Positions 8,201-19,000 of a stretch of DNA of 64,000 nt are shown piece by piece. Each line of letters starts with the position of its first letter. Within the stretch, counting starts at the first letter, position 1. The DNA is taken from the NCBI GenBank assembly GCA_026397015.1, contig JAPLVR010000003.1:96001-160000 (forward strand). Reading direction: 5' to 3'. The notes under the pieces are model-generated. The model did not search any database and was not told the origin of the DNA. It saw only the letters and a list, made by a program, of their open reading frames with translations. Origin of the DNA: Candidatus Iainarchaeum sp. (lineage in GTDB: Archaea > Iainarchaeota > Iainarchaeia > Iainarchaeales > JAAZKV01). A program made the translations under genes and the position numbers.

Positions 8201-11173
8201 GGCACCGGAGGAGACGCAAAAACAATCAATGTAACCGTGAGCACGGATATTGCAAAGCTTGCAAAATCTAAGGGAACGGATTCGGCAAACGCTTATGTGC
8301 AGGTTGCGAAAATGGTTTCCGATACGCTCGGAGGAAACTTCGGAGAAACAAACTGCGTCACAAAAGGAGCAACAGGATATGAATGCGTAAAGCTCACGGA
8401 TCCGAGCGGGCTCGGAACATTAAAGATGAACATTCCTGAAAAAACGATGAACCTTTCGCAGACCGAAGGATGCGTGCTTGGAAAAGTTGTTTCCGGGGTT
8501 GTGGAAAGCGTTGAGTTCGAAATTGAGCAGGGAAAAGAATTCAAGGGGATAACAAAAATAACAATAAGAGATTCAGCCAACAAAACTGTTTACAAAGAAG
8601 TTACTTACGATGGAACGGTGCTTAAAGATGAGAAGCCCGGAGTTCCGATGGTGCTTGAATACGGCAACAAAAAAGACGAACCTTACTCAAAAGAAATCTC
8701 AATTTGCGCCACGGCGGGAAGCGACAAGACTCCGGAAGGCAGCCCCGGTTACCTTGAAGCAAAGGGATCGAGTTTCGTTGTAACGGCGATAAATAAAAAT
8801 GCCGGCGGAGACAGGCACACGAATGCGGAAGACGGAACTGTCACGATAGGAATTGCGACACTGCACATTGATGACTTGGCGGACAAGCTTTACAATCAAA
8901 AAGATACTTTCAAAAACAAGGGCATGGACCACCCGTACTATTTCACAATACAATGGATGGGCGACCCCGAAGTTCTTAATTTCAAGGATTATTTAGAAGG
9001 GCTTGCCGCTTTGAAACAAATGCCTACTGCAGTAATAAAGAGCATGGATCAGGGATACGGATTAACAGAAGCAGGGGACGCACTTGTAAAAGCCGGCAAA
9101 AAAAGCGCAATCAATCAATACCTGATGGGGTGCGCTGGAACAACCATTGCATGCGACGCGTACACGGGCCCCTTTAACACCCTCATAGGTTTGCTAACTA
9201 ACTGCGGAATTCCTGCTGGAACAATGTTCAAACAGGATTTGGTTGAAAATTATGAATTTTTCAGAGGAGGGTACAATTGGCTTTCTAAAAATCTGCCATT
9301 CGGCGGCTCAATATTCGACCTCTCACCGAAGATGGACAGAACACAGCCGTCATGGTCGCCGATAAAATCTCCTGCAATAGGAGTTGGAGTCGCAAGCGCA
9401 GGAGCCGCAAGGGCTTTAAAAGTAGCATCGAGAATGTCAGGCGGGCTTAATCCCGGGCTTATAAATTCGATGAGCGACCTATTGAGTTCGCAATACAGAG
9501 AAGGCGCACAAAAATTACTCACGGGATCGGGACTTTCCGCGGCGGATGAAAAAGCAATATTGGACGGTTATGCTGCGGAACTAAAAAGTTCACTAAAAAC
9601 ACAATTGACTGCGGATTATACAGCCGCAAGAAACGCTGGCAGGGGAAAAGTGACAGGATTGATGTCAGATTTCGGCGTTGCAAAAGATGCCGAAGCCAAA
9701 CTAACTACCGCGTTGGGAAGTGCGAATGAGGCCGCAAACAAAAAGTTTGCTTCGCTTTTGAAACAAAAAATCGGAAGCGCAAACACCGTTGATGAGCTTT
9801 TGGCAAAATTCAGCAATGTGGAAGCAAAATCTGTTAAGGATGTAATAGAGTTGGCTGGAAAAAGCAATTTGGAAACACTTGTAAAAATGGGCGGCGACTT
9901 TGATGCAAGGGCGGAAATGCTTAGCAGCTGGAGCGCGACAGCAGATGTTTATGCGCCCGCCGACAGGTGGAATCCTGTTCCAGCATTGGTTACCTCAAGG
10001 GTTTCAAACGACGCGATAAAAAGAGAAATAGAAAGCATGGTAGATGAAATACTGGATAAAACAACTCTTTCTGCGGCAGACAAACTTACGAAGCGCGGAA
10101 ACATGTTAAGCCAATTAATCGGTGGAGGCACTCCCGCTGAAGTTGAGACGTTCAGAAGCACCATAACAAGTGCGAATAACGCAAAAAGCATAATCGGAAG
10201 AACTTTCAGGAACAACCTTGGAACCATAAAGGGAACGCTTGAACTCACCGAAGGGCAAGTTGACAACATGCTGAATACCGCTGCAAAAACTGCTTCAAAG
10301 AATGCCGGCACAGCCGCAGACACCATTGCCGCTTCAAAAAAACTTTCAAACGTGCTCAAAAGCAGCCTGAAGGGATTGGCAAGGGGAATCGGCTGCGGGA
10401 TAGCGGCAAACGCAGTCGGAATTTACATGTACAATCGTTCGCTCGGAGTTACCGGAAGCAGCATGGCGAAGGAAAGCCTTGAAACGAAGGATTTCCTTTT
10501 CATCAGGGGGCACACATACAAAATGATAATTGAGCCGGGAGAAGACAACAAAGGAACACTTACTAAATTTGAGGAAGTTACAGGCGATAAGTTCAACCAG
10601 ATGCTCCTTGATTTAAGACCTGACAGCAAAAATGAAAAGAAAGGAACGATACTCACTTCGACCCCTACAAAAGACGGAAGGTATCCGGAGCAGAGGCCGC
10701 CGAAATTATATTTAATTACGAGAAATCCTGTTCAGATGAAACAGGAACTGGTAAACGCAGGGTATAACAACGAAGAAATAAACACGAAACTTTCAAGAAT
10801 AGTGAGGCCCGAAATTCAGAACCTGATATTCAGGTATACTGCGGAAAATGATTTGAGAAAAAATCCGAACAAGCAGAGAGTAATTGTCGGTAGCCAGCCT
10901 GCAAATGAGGCGCTTGCAATAACAATAATAGAGGCGGGCTGGAGCGAATACACCGAAGAAAAAAGAAATGAGGAACTGAAAAACGGCGACGGCTGGCTGA
11001 AGAATAAGTTGACAATCGCGCTCGGGGAGATGCCAAACACGGGCGGAAAAATTACAAAAGAACTAGGAAGAAAAGTTTTCCCTAACAAGGACGACAAGTT
11101 CTACGAATTATTCGAGAAAGACGGAACTGCGTTTGGCAATGTCGGTGTTTGGAACGGGCACCTTGGAAATTAA
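2219..11173 (+). CDS. Giant membrane-anchored surface protein, paralog 1 (2984 aa)
   Basis: N-terminal EDKYFDFLD..PS motif plus TM helix; repeated V-x-D-x-x-G-x-P..GA-x-V / K-x-GY beta-sandwich units; CDDGNPCTEDTC repeat; Thr/Pro linker; helical region. TTG start with GGGGTG upstream. Confidence 0.9.
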   Translation: MISEKLAGFYTRVEDKYFDFLDFLDAKGMPVYKYSDFFENKGIPSFIVTVAILVLLITLISVGLAMSVPATQQIVLMLRDAEGNPLQGVSVTVLNMSGETIAGPLEKNDGDTIEIPKLPQGTKVKLIASKDGYQIGDAEIALGTEIATGTLSLEPAFEGINAILNLVDAENGTNITGATAMATWNEMLFNFDTDNNGNYIKSGMPEGKTVTLTAEADGYDGLSTTTTFYDKSPRIFKMTPSSQGYDQKSNVIVTVKDSAGNTIDGAKVTLINKANEVILLEDYTKQGSVAGAIQTGIVLKIIVEKDGYLQYDSESEAKLITLREKERQIDVVLKQGGEKLNVLVTNKLGLALENTSVQLYDIQGNLIDAGKTTVSGIEFGGLDSNEMLIVTAHHEGYLAQRKKVNVASTEEVTFALEPVTGNNSAALDIFAVDEFAQVVNGANVAIYINEDGNMLPYGYSELVTPITGYVRATVESGKIYEVRAETAVLQGETSAQVPGKTPVKAYVIMKKKAQILEMIFEGPKGEKIYGTAEVNTIEGEPLYDGNISNSKIFFDAEGKEVVEVIVYLSDGNMFSENVNVKGKDTVTVVVYGGTVDALAPKIEFVGLEDEAGNEIGGITPGAFYWAKFSVTFPLGAEKGGVHFRIGNDAVKFAESGNGAIFELGMQGANTFYSTSYSPTPAPGNETIDRANAGDVGNANKWVEGTLGQPNGTYIAKVKIRVSDYTAGTIDLKYRAWGINQTSYYRNPEDISLGNNAFTDAKSGLYAEARVQQLKLYESLPECSGNICLALNFLDGDGKFYDTTAFQPIKGNVYALEAEVSVQEGETVEMTVSSPEKIKFTSVQKVAAGSSTGFSGSETGGTTSGFGGGNGTTTYGTGTGDSNTGISTGLVDRATASGVPEVFSQKKSKLSFAATDTNYFPTTLGSSSDIQGMVPRGAGTTGGLAGTKEMTTRVTIGPGGKQRIRFYFVGDDLGAAQINFKAVGSTQIEKAISFNIVAQKELLVELSKDQVNLGEAFTVRVRDTNSGPIENALVKIVDKKGEAIKSISGTGKIDEGKSGNYKVANNFDAGLYTVQVSAPTYPTKEVPLLITTKNILDFPDTIEVKMPFNQTQSVVSPQPQLLNNSEFQLLNITYELNGNDKNKDNEINNFKFTIGLPPALGKNGKIMVPITVSYTGNVSDSADETATLTIKAMIEGKFLTQISSKVHVSYNKKMDEACLKIEPSSVTINLIGTAESTDSETVEVTNGCEQTLMMKKRVKENTTKSYIIVDSEELSLEVGETKNVTVTARNLIDRKFQRDNSFSYEIIWDANYLTKRLPVTVKTINPSMALSYPGQITLWLAQNSQNAKATAMQPIFVTNISNFPVEGITFSAQRDYGSGTNVSLSIEPPGTITLEKGQSAAKNAFAQAASVITEPVRASILIRGRMGNLDNRSGQRDGYGYYENYYNDYYNQYENSSGTTLTNNINTYAPATNVYTTGMEDLGVIDVMIYYSGFNCFKVSPIDDMTFNISSAGAQIAKRVAIQNDCAEPVTVTGVVAKTPEVILSIYPQVTVGVKQRVEAMITVTPRTALGRFADAIDESKLNNPNAIFFAEDPCKDVLCDDGNPCTEDTCSNGNCSHTKKADGTSCGEGKTCKNGSCVTATPVAPTTTPPVTTPTTTPSTTKPSSASISPASTRIPNYPIVIVGITSISQTPLESKPITISVYSDQDGAGQFSKVNKGVKISVCGKTEKESVDFPKTGSNCAENYCDGKTAAKYLGQKLNTMIKNAESAGYSKQNLTENFGCENQGYCTFGALGIKKETIPLYLQNDKISDESLSESLQEQSSGQTTGFRGITGIGNYLIEPFEVTNETISMIAQAGSYPRRIFLDNALKGCGFYRISIDGAFPVSGGQIMFTEPVIVIKAEDFGSGKRIDTKECTSNIINISNFNPVDEGYTAGDSKGTMLATVGGGSKLDEIAKRVAKERYKDETRNSSTGPGARVEIKEGPVEEALAQVCMGTGGDAKTINVTVSTDIAKLAKSKGTDSANAYVQVAKMVSDTLGGNFGETNCVTKGATGYECVKLTDPSGLGTLKMNIPEKTMNLSQTEGCVLGKVVSGVVESVEFEIEQGKEFKGITKITIRDSANKTVYKEVTYDGTVLKDEKPGVPMVLEYGNKKDEPYSKEISICATAGSDKTPEGSPGYLEAKGSSFVVTAINKNAGGDRHTNAEDGTVTIGIATLHIDDLADKLYNQKDTFKNKGMDHPYYFTIQWMGDPEVLNFKDYLEGLAALKQMPTAVIKSMDQGYGLTEAGDALVKAGKKSAINQYLMGCAGTTIACDAYTGPFNTLIGLLTNCGIPAGTMFKQDLVENYEFFRGGYNWLSKNLPFGGSIFDLSPKMDRTQPSWSPIKSPAIGVGVASAGAARALKVASRMSGGLNPGLINSMSDLLSSQYREGAQKLLTGSGLSAADEKAILDGYAAELKSSLKTQLTADYTAARNAGRGKVTGLMSDFGVAKDAEAKLTTALGSANEAANKKFASLLKQKIGSANTVDELLAKFSNVEAKSVKDVIELAGKSNLETLVKMGGDFDARAEMLSSWSATADVYAPADRWNPVPALVTSRVSNDAIKREIESMVDEILDKTTLSAADKLTKRGNMLSQLIGGGTPAEVETFRSTITSANNAKSIIGRTFRNNLGTIKGTLELTEGQVDNMLNTAAKTASKNAGTAADTIAASKKLSNVLKSSLKGLARGIGCGIAANAVGIYMYNRSLGVTGSSMAKESLETKDFLFIRGHTYKMIIEPGEDNKGTLTKFEEVTGDKFNQMLLDLRPDSKNEKKGTILTSTPTKDGRYPEQRPPKLYLITRNPVQMKQELVNAGYNNEEINTKLSRIVRPEIQNLIFRYTAENDLRKNPNKQRVIVGSQPANEALAITIIEAGWSEYTEEKRNEELKNGDGWLKNKLTIALGEMPNTGGKITKELGRKVFPNKDDKFYELFEKDGTAFGNVGVWNGHLGN

Positions 11174-11286
11174 TCCGGCAACCAAATCAAATCCGCGCCA
11201 AATTTAGTTGCCATTAACATAACAGACATTTGCTGAATCAAATAGGTAAGCTTTTTAACAACTTAAAACATTTTCCTAATGATTTC

Positions 11287-12825
11287 ATGCTTTTCAGGGT
11301 TAATGGCAAAGGATTCAACCTTTTTTCCGCGCTTGTGGCGATGGTGCTGATAATAATAGGAGTCCTGCTTGTGAACATGATGGTTTTCAGGGAGGCGAAC
11401 ACGCGGACACAAATATATTCGATGAAAGAAAACTTCGGCTTGGCTGACGCGGCGAACATTGCGAGGGCGGATGCGATACAAAGCTTCAGCCATTATTTCA
11501 GAAGGGAATTGGAAATGTACCTGACGTCCGACGGATCAGAAAGCGCTTTTCAACCGCTGCTGAAAATAAGAAAAAATCCTGACGGCCAAATCGAAAACAA
11601 TTTTGAAAACTGGGGCGACGTGGTAAAAGAATTTGAAACGCAAATACTTCTCACTCCAAGCGGCTCCGCCAATAATGAAGAAAGATACAAGGCTGTTGCG
11701 AGGTTTGTTGCGCTAAACATAATAAACAAATTCGGAACAGGGCAGGAGGGAACATACGGAAGATACAGGGTAAGCCTCAGCGAACTCGGAACCCCTGCAC
11801 AAAAAAAAGTCGAAACCGCTTTTTCAAATGCGATTAAAAAAGTTTTGGACGACCCGACCCATAACATCCAAACATTTTTTGAAATTGTGGACTGCGACAA
11901 TACTGCGTGCCCGGTTGGAACTTTTTATTTCAATTTCCCGCTGGACCAGATGAGCACGGAAGATTACGAAAACCTTCCAAGAATAGTTGTGAGCGACACA
12001 CACACAGGCGAAAAAATACAAATTCCGCTTTTGCCGCAGGAAAAATTACGAATTTATATTCCGATAAGATTCCTAAAGGCCGCGTACGAGGCGAGAAGAG
12101 TCGCAATGGAATACAACGACCTTGGAATAGGGGACGAATTGAAAAGTTATCGCCTCGGCTTCTGCGAATACGGCGTATGCGGGCCAAGAAATAATCCTGC
12201 CACCCCTGCACCAGGGGATAGGGAAAATAGTTATTGCCCCGAAAGTGAAAATGATTCTCCTGCAAACAAGGAAAAACTTTTGGGCCCTGCGACACTTTTT
12301 AATCTTGATAAATATACTGTTGGAGGAGAAAAGCCCGGCGACTTGGAATTGGAAGCGTCGGCAATTGGCGAGCTGGCGAACAATTTTAGTGCGGACCCGG
12401 GCAGCCCGGGAAATCCCTGCAGCCCTTCCGGCGGCTGCGACTTTGTAAATGAAACAATTGAAAAAAATGATTTTTTTACTAATCCTGGAAACGGGCCCAT
12501 TGGAGTAGATGGATTCCCGTTTAAATACGTCAGCACGCCGAGAAAAACCTACATCACAAAAACAATTCAGGGAACGGGCTCGGATTATGATCCCGCAGCC
12601 GGAAAAAAATTGTATTGCACCCAGATAAATTCCGTTTCAATAAAAATGCTCTTCAGGGAAAAAAACAAAAATTACATTCTGAACGGAGAATCCGGCAACG
12701 GCGAAAATCTCTACGGAATAGAATTTACCGATGATACATTTGCGCAAGAACCCGATCGCACCGGAGAATTCTGCATAAACGACAAAACTGCAAATTCAGG
12801 CACTGGAAGATGCTATTCAGGATAG
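11287..12825 (+). CDS. Secreted Cys-containing protein with a class III (archaeal pilin-like) signal peptide
   Basis: MLFRVNGKG/FNLFSALVAMVLIIIGVLLV: KG followed by a hydrophobic helix, then a long amphipathic helix and a Cys-rich globular region. Confidence 0.7.
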   Translation: MLFRVNGKGFNLFSALVAMVLIIIGVLLVNMMVFREANTRTQIYSMKENFGLADAANIARADAIQSFSHYFRRELEMYLTSDGSESAFQPLLKIRKNPDGQIENNFENWGDVVKEFETQILLTPSGSANNEERYKAVARFVALNIINKFGTGQEGTYGRYRVSLSELGTPAQKKVETAFSNAIKKVLDDPTHNIQTFFEIVDCDNTACPVGTFYFNFPLDQMSTEDYENLPRIVVSDTHTGEKIQIPLLPQEKLRIYIPIRFLKAAYEARRVAMEYNDLGIGDELKSYRLGFCEYGVCGPRNNPATPAPGDRENSYCPESENDSPANKEKLLGPATLFNLDKYTVGGEKPGDLELEASAIGELANNFSADPGSPGNPCSPSGGCDFVNETIEKNDFFTNPGNGPIGVDGFPFKYVSTPRKTYITKTIQGTGSDYDPAAGKKLYCTQINSVSIKMLFREKNKNYILNGESGNGENLYGIEFTDDTFAQEPDRTGEFCINDKTANSGTGRCYSG

Positions 12826-13013
12826 TTTTCCAGAAAAGCTTACTTACTATATATTCTTACCATAGTATTAGCTACAGTTCATACCTTACATTGATTGAAA
12901 ACTTGGCAGCGAAAAAATAGCCGAAGAAAACGATTCCCATTAACAGTTAGATTAATATAGATTGGTGGAAGTAATATTATTTAGTTAACAAGTGGTTTGC
13001 TGATAGTGATTTG

Positions 13014-16000
13014 ATGGGTATAACCGATTCCTTGAAGGACGCTTATTTCAAAATAGAGGATAAGTGGTATAACTTTGTTGACCGCGTTTCGGAGATGCTG
13101 CCGATTTTTGGAAACGCCGTTGATGCCGTTGAAGAAAAAGGAATCCCGAGTTTGCCGCTTGCGATCGCAATAATTATTCTGCTTATTTTCGGAATTTATC
13201 TGGTCTTCATGATGGGGGCAAGCTCCACGCTCACAATCGTTGTAAAAGACGCGGGAGAAAATCCACTGGCGGATGCAGAGGTAACTGTGTTCTTGAATGG
13301 AATTGCGCAGAATCCGAGAAGCACCGACGCGGACGGAAGAGTCGCAATCTACCTCGCAAACGGGAATTACAAAATAAAAATCGGAAAAGAAAATTATTCC
13401 CCCCAGGATCTTGACATCACGGTAAATGGAAGCGAAGAGAAAAAAATAATTCTCCTGCCTGAAGACACTACAATAGCGAAAATGGTGAAACTGAAAACCG
13501 CCAATGGGGCGCTTATCCCAGGAAACGGAACAGTTGTTTATTCATGCGAAGAAACCGGCGAATCGGGAGTAACAACGTACGCGAACGGAGAGTTTAAGGC
13601 GGCATTCAAAAATCCGTGCCAAACAATAGTAACCGAATCCGTTTCAGGGTATGATGTAACGAGCGGAAGAATTTCTTTTTCTGGCGCTTATGATACTGTT
13701 GAATTGGAAGAAAAAATAGTCGGCACGGGAAAAGTAATTGTAAATTTGAGTTCAAACAGCGCCGATAATCCTGTTCATGCAGGAATAAAAGTCATGCTCA
13801 TAAGTATCGATTCTTCCGTTTTGCCGATAACGGAACCCACTCAAACGGAAACGGTTGAATTCCTGAATGTGCCGACGGGAAGCTACAAGGTAGTTGTTTC
13901 CGATCCCGAAGGAAAATTTGCAGAAGTTGATTCAAGCGCTCTTGAGCAGCCGAAAACTGTTTCAAAGGACGGCGTAACGACCTTCAATATTGCGCTGCAG
14001 AAAAGCGCCTCGGCTGAAATAAGGATAAGCATTCTCGACGCATCGACTTCCGTTCCGATAATGGGCGCAGAAGTAAGGCTGATAAAAGACAACACAACAT
14101 TAAACACGGAAATTACCGGCACAACAGGGCAGGTAACTTTCAAAATTGTTGAAGGGTCGGTATATTCTCTTCAAGTAGACCATCCTGATTATTTGCGCGC
14201 GGACGAATTATCAGTTTCATCCGCAAAACCCTCAATACAAATAAACTTAACGAGGGCAAATGAAACGAATGCGAGAACTCTTGCCGTCACAGTTGTTGAC
14301 CCTGACAATCTGGTGATTGAGGGGGTAAAAGTGTTCCTGAGAAAAACTGATGAAACACAAGTAGGGGAACCAAAAGTCACGGGCGCGGACGGAAAAGTCG
14401 AATTTTACAATCTTGATTTGGGGCAGACATATTATGTGTATGCAATAAAGGAAGGATTTGAGGGCGCGAACTCATCAACGATACAAATAACGCCGAGAGT
14501 GGAAAACAATTTGAAGGTTACGCTAAACATAGGCAAGGGAATAATCAATATTAGCGTAATGGATGCGGAGAAAGCCGCAGTAGTTGGAGCAACTGTAACG
14601 GCGATTGATTATTTTACAGGAAAGCAAATTGAAAAAGTCTCTCAGCAGGTAACGAGCGCAAGCGGAACGGCAAGCTTCGAAATAAGGGCGGATAAAAAAG
14701 TTTATTTCACTGTTGAAGCGACTGGATACATGAAACACTATACAAGCTCGGTATATCCGAATGTGGGAGCGCCGACTGAAAAAGAAGTTGTGCTTGTAAG
14801 GGAAACCGGCGCCCTGTCTGCGGAAATAATCGGGATTTACAGCGGAAGCCAGATAGTTTCCAGCACAGACAAAAGCATAGCTCAGGGAACTTATACAGTA
14901 AAAGCGGTTCTTGTTGTTCCAAAAGGAAGCTTTTCGGAAGCAGGATTGCATTTGAGAACGGGAAAAGCGGAAAATGGAAAAACAAATTTAATGGAAGAGG
15001 ACTCGATTTACCTCGGAAGAATCGCCAGCTCGGCAACAAAAACGGTTAGAGGAACAACATATACCCCTCCAAGCGGCTATGATGCCGACCAGAAAAATTT
15101 GACATCCGGAAACTCAAAGTGGGCAAACAGCGTTTGGAAAAATCCATCGGGCGGAGCTTACGAAGTTGAAGCCGAACTGGTTGTTACGGCGACCAACACC
15201 GGAATGGCATTGGATTTGTGGTACAGGGCATGGGCGAAAGGAAGCTCAATGCTAAGGTATCCTTCGGATGCGCCGCAGCAGGACCTTTACGCAAAAGCAA
15301 ACCGCTACGTTCTGAGTTCAGATGCGACAAATCTCTGCATAGCAAGCTTCTGCAGAAGCTATTACATTGAAACTTTGAGCGGCGGCGACAAGGGAAAGAA
15401 AAATTATATTACAAATACCTTCGAGGCAAAAAACGACACCAATTATGCGCTTATATTTACGCTGACAAACAACACCGGCAGGGCAATAGCAGATGCGCTG
15501 TTAAATATTGACGGCAAATCTCTTTCAATCGACGGCATCGAAGTTGACGGAAAAAAAGTCGAATCCCCTGTCAGCTTGGGGGCGCTCGGCAAAGACTCTT
15601 TCACAAGCGGAAGAATTCTTTTCAGCACCATAAAATCGGGCGTCGCGACAATAAGGCTGCTTGTTAACTCTTCAGCAAAAAATGAGTTCGATGAAACTGT
15701 TACGGTAAAGGTGCCCGCAAACAAAAAATTCTCCCTTTCAATAATTCCCGCCGAAATAATTCCATACCTGGACAACACAATGTTCTTCGAAGCAAAAGAC
15801 GACAATGCGATGCTTGACAATGCAGTAATAGAAATTTACTCCGGAAAAAGTTTGATTGGAACTGTTGAAACAAACGAGGAAGGAATCGCACAATACGAAT
15901 TGGAGGCGCCTTCGCCCGGAACAACAATAAAGGTCGTGGCGAAAAAAGAAGGATATGATAAAGTTGAAATTGAAAAGGAAGTGGACGAACAGATACTTAC

Positions 16001-19000
16001 GGTAATTCCTCCTGAAATAACAGGAACGATAAAAATCGGCGAAGTTATAGGAATGGAACAGGAAGTGATAGTAGAAAATGGAACTGTAAAAGATTTGAAA
16101 ATCACAAGCGCAAAATTCGAAGGTGACATGACATCGCTGCTCAATTTATCTTTCAAGGATTCAATTGAAGGCGCGACAATAAAATCTGCCGGCGACAAAA
16201 ATTTCATGCTCTCAATAAAAATAACGAAAGCGGCTTACAGGCTCACGGCGCCGCAAACAGTTACCGGAAAAATGATAATTGATGCGGGAGTTTTGGGCGA
16301 CGACAAGGAAGTAATACAGACTTTCACGAACGAAATTCCTGTTAGTATAAGACTTACACTGCCCGGATACATCGAAAGCGACGGCTGCCTGACCGTTACG
16401 CCCGGTACGGTCGAATTCATGACCGGGTCGGATGAAGTTGTGCAAACTGTTGAAATAGAAAACGGCTGTTCTGCGGAAGGAATCACGATTCCATTGCACG
16501 GGCTTGAAGTAAAATTAAAGGACGAATCAAAGTTTGGAAATGTTTCCATTGTTGGAATGAGCGCGGCATTCAGCGCTGTTCAGTTGAGCGCAAAACCTTC
16601 CGTGCTTGCAGAGTTCCTTGAGAAGAGCACGAAAGAAACATTGACAATAAAATTCACGCCGTCAAAAACCATTGAATCCGGAAAGCAGGAAAATGTAATT
16701 ACATTCAGCGCGAAAAATATGCCGGAAGAAGGAGTGGAGGAAACAGTTGAAGCGAAAGTTAATTTGAAAATAACGATGAGCAATTTGGCACAATGCATCA
16801 AAGTTGAAGAGCCCCCAGGAGGGGTAATATTGGAAGTTGCTGCATTTAACATGGGCTACGACAGATTGGCACAGACAAGCCTCGCGCCGCAACTTGGGGC
16901 GTATGCGCAAACTTACCAGGGATTTTCAAACAGAAGTGGAATGACAAATCCATATGGGATGGGAACAGGCACAATAAACGGATTGCAATACGCAAACTAC
17001 GGAAGCCAGGGCGCCAGCACATACGAACAGAACAGCTTCGTAATCAAAAGCACCTGCGCAACGGATGTTGACATAGACCTTGACCCTGATTCAAGGGTTG
17101 TGGTTGATGAGGAAAAATTCACAATTGGTGCGGAGAGCGACCATACAGTTACTGTAAGCCCAGGGTACACTCTCGGAAGGTACAAGGTAAAGGTAAATGC
17201 AAAAGTTTCACAGACCGAAAATAGTTTCCAAAATGTTGCAACCGTAAGCGTTACCGTGAAAAAACTCGGGGATGATGACGATTGTATAAAGGTGAGCGTT
17301 TCAAAACTTAATTTCAATTCATTCGTTCAGAGCCCTGAAAATTACAGGGTATACAACTACTGCTACGATTTGGGCACAGCACTTTCAAGGAACCCTAACG
17401 CAGTTTCAATCAGCTGCGTTGCGCCGCAAAGCCCGATAAATGCAGGTTACGCAGACCCATACTTCATGGTTGGACAAAGTCAACTCTACCAAAACAATTA
17501 TCCTCTGTACGGCGGAGGAGCCGGAACAGAACTTGTGGATTACCCCGGAATTAGGCAGGGAACAACACCTTACTATTATGGATACGGACAAGGAACCCCT
17601 ACGGCAAGCAATTACACTCAAAACAGTTCATACTATGATTATTTGAGGCCGAACGGAACGTGCATGCAAAATAATTGTTCAATGGTTTCTGGAACGCGAA
17701 TAGTTAACAGAAGGCTGATAGAGGGCGGGCCAAACGGAAGCATAGAAGAAATTGTGTTCGAAGTGAGACCGAGCACGAGCTACATCCCGCAAAGAAAAAT
17801 ACAGAATGCACAGACGGGAACTTACAGCCCGATTTCCACAATAATGATGCTTAGAAATTTCGCGACAGCGGCTGATGCGAGAACAAACATTTATGGAACA
17901 ATAAATGTGGAATACACGGACAAATACGCATCAGAACAGTGCAAACAATTCCCTGTTGAGATGCAGGACATGTGGGGCCTTGCGGAAATGCTTGATTCTG
18001 CGCTGGGCAACGGAGACCCGTCGGTCGAGTCCGCTGACTGCGTTGAACCGAGCGCCCTGGACATTGTAAGCTTCTTCAAGAGAAAGGATTCTTCAAACAC
18101 AACAGGGGTAATACCTGACGGAAAATTCAACGGAAAAAGTTATTTGCATATCGCAGAACCTCCTGCAATAAAAATAGGCGGCGCGGGTTCAACAAGCTTC
18201 CTTGGAATGGGAATAACAAAATCAAGCGGCAAGTGCGGATTGAATGACAAGCTCACAAATGTAAAGGTTGGAAGCACGACCAGCTACGGCGTTTCATTTA
18301 AGGTTGAAAGCACTTCCGGTTCGGGAAGCGGATTTTTGAACCCCGGCAAAGGTCCTAACTTGGTTGTTGAGATAAACAAAAGCGGCCTCACGGCAAACTG
18401 TGCCTACATTGAGGTTCCTGTAACGGCAACTTTGAAAAGAAATGCGAACATGAAATCGGCGGAAGTTTCATGGACACTAAAAGTATTGGTGGCAAAAGAC
18501 GGTTACAAGATAACTTCGCTTGATGAATGCCAAAATGGGGCGGCAGCGAAAAAGAAGGAAGACTGCCTGAAGTTGCTCGCTGAAGAAAAGACGAAAGGTT
18601 CTTCAAAGGATAAAAAAGCCAGCGACATAATCGCCGCTGTTGTTGCGGCGCATTCCGAATGCAAAGGATTGCTTAATGAAAGCGATGTGACGACGCCGCC
18701 TGCGAAAGAAGGCACATGTAAAACAAAAGCGAAAGATTACGGATTTGAACTTATAAAAACAGAAAACAGTCTTGTTGAGAGCAAGATGGTTAACTGCAAA
18801 GAATTTTTCTGCAACTACGACCAGCTTAATGTTTTCCTGTTCAAAAACTACAAAGAAATAGACAAAAACATACAGGAGATGAAAGGAAAAAAGCAGATTT
18901 GCACGAACGAAAGCAATGGGTACAAGTTAAGCGAAATTTATAAGGAAGCGAAGACGGCAACCATTTTCCTCTGCGACAAAGGCGGTGCCATCAAAAACGA

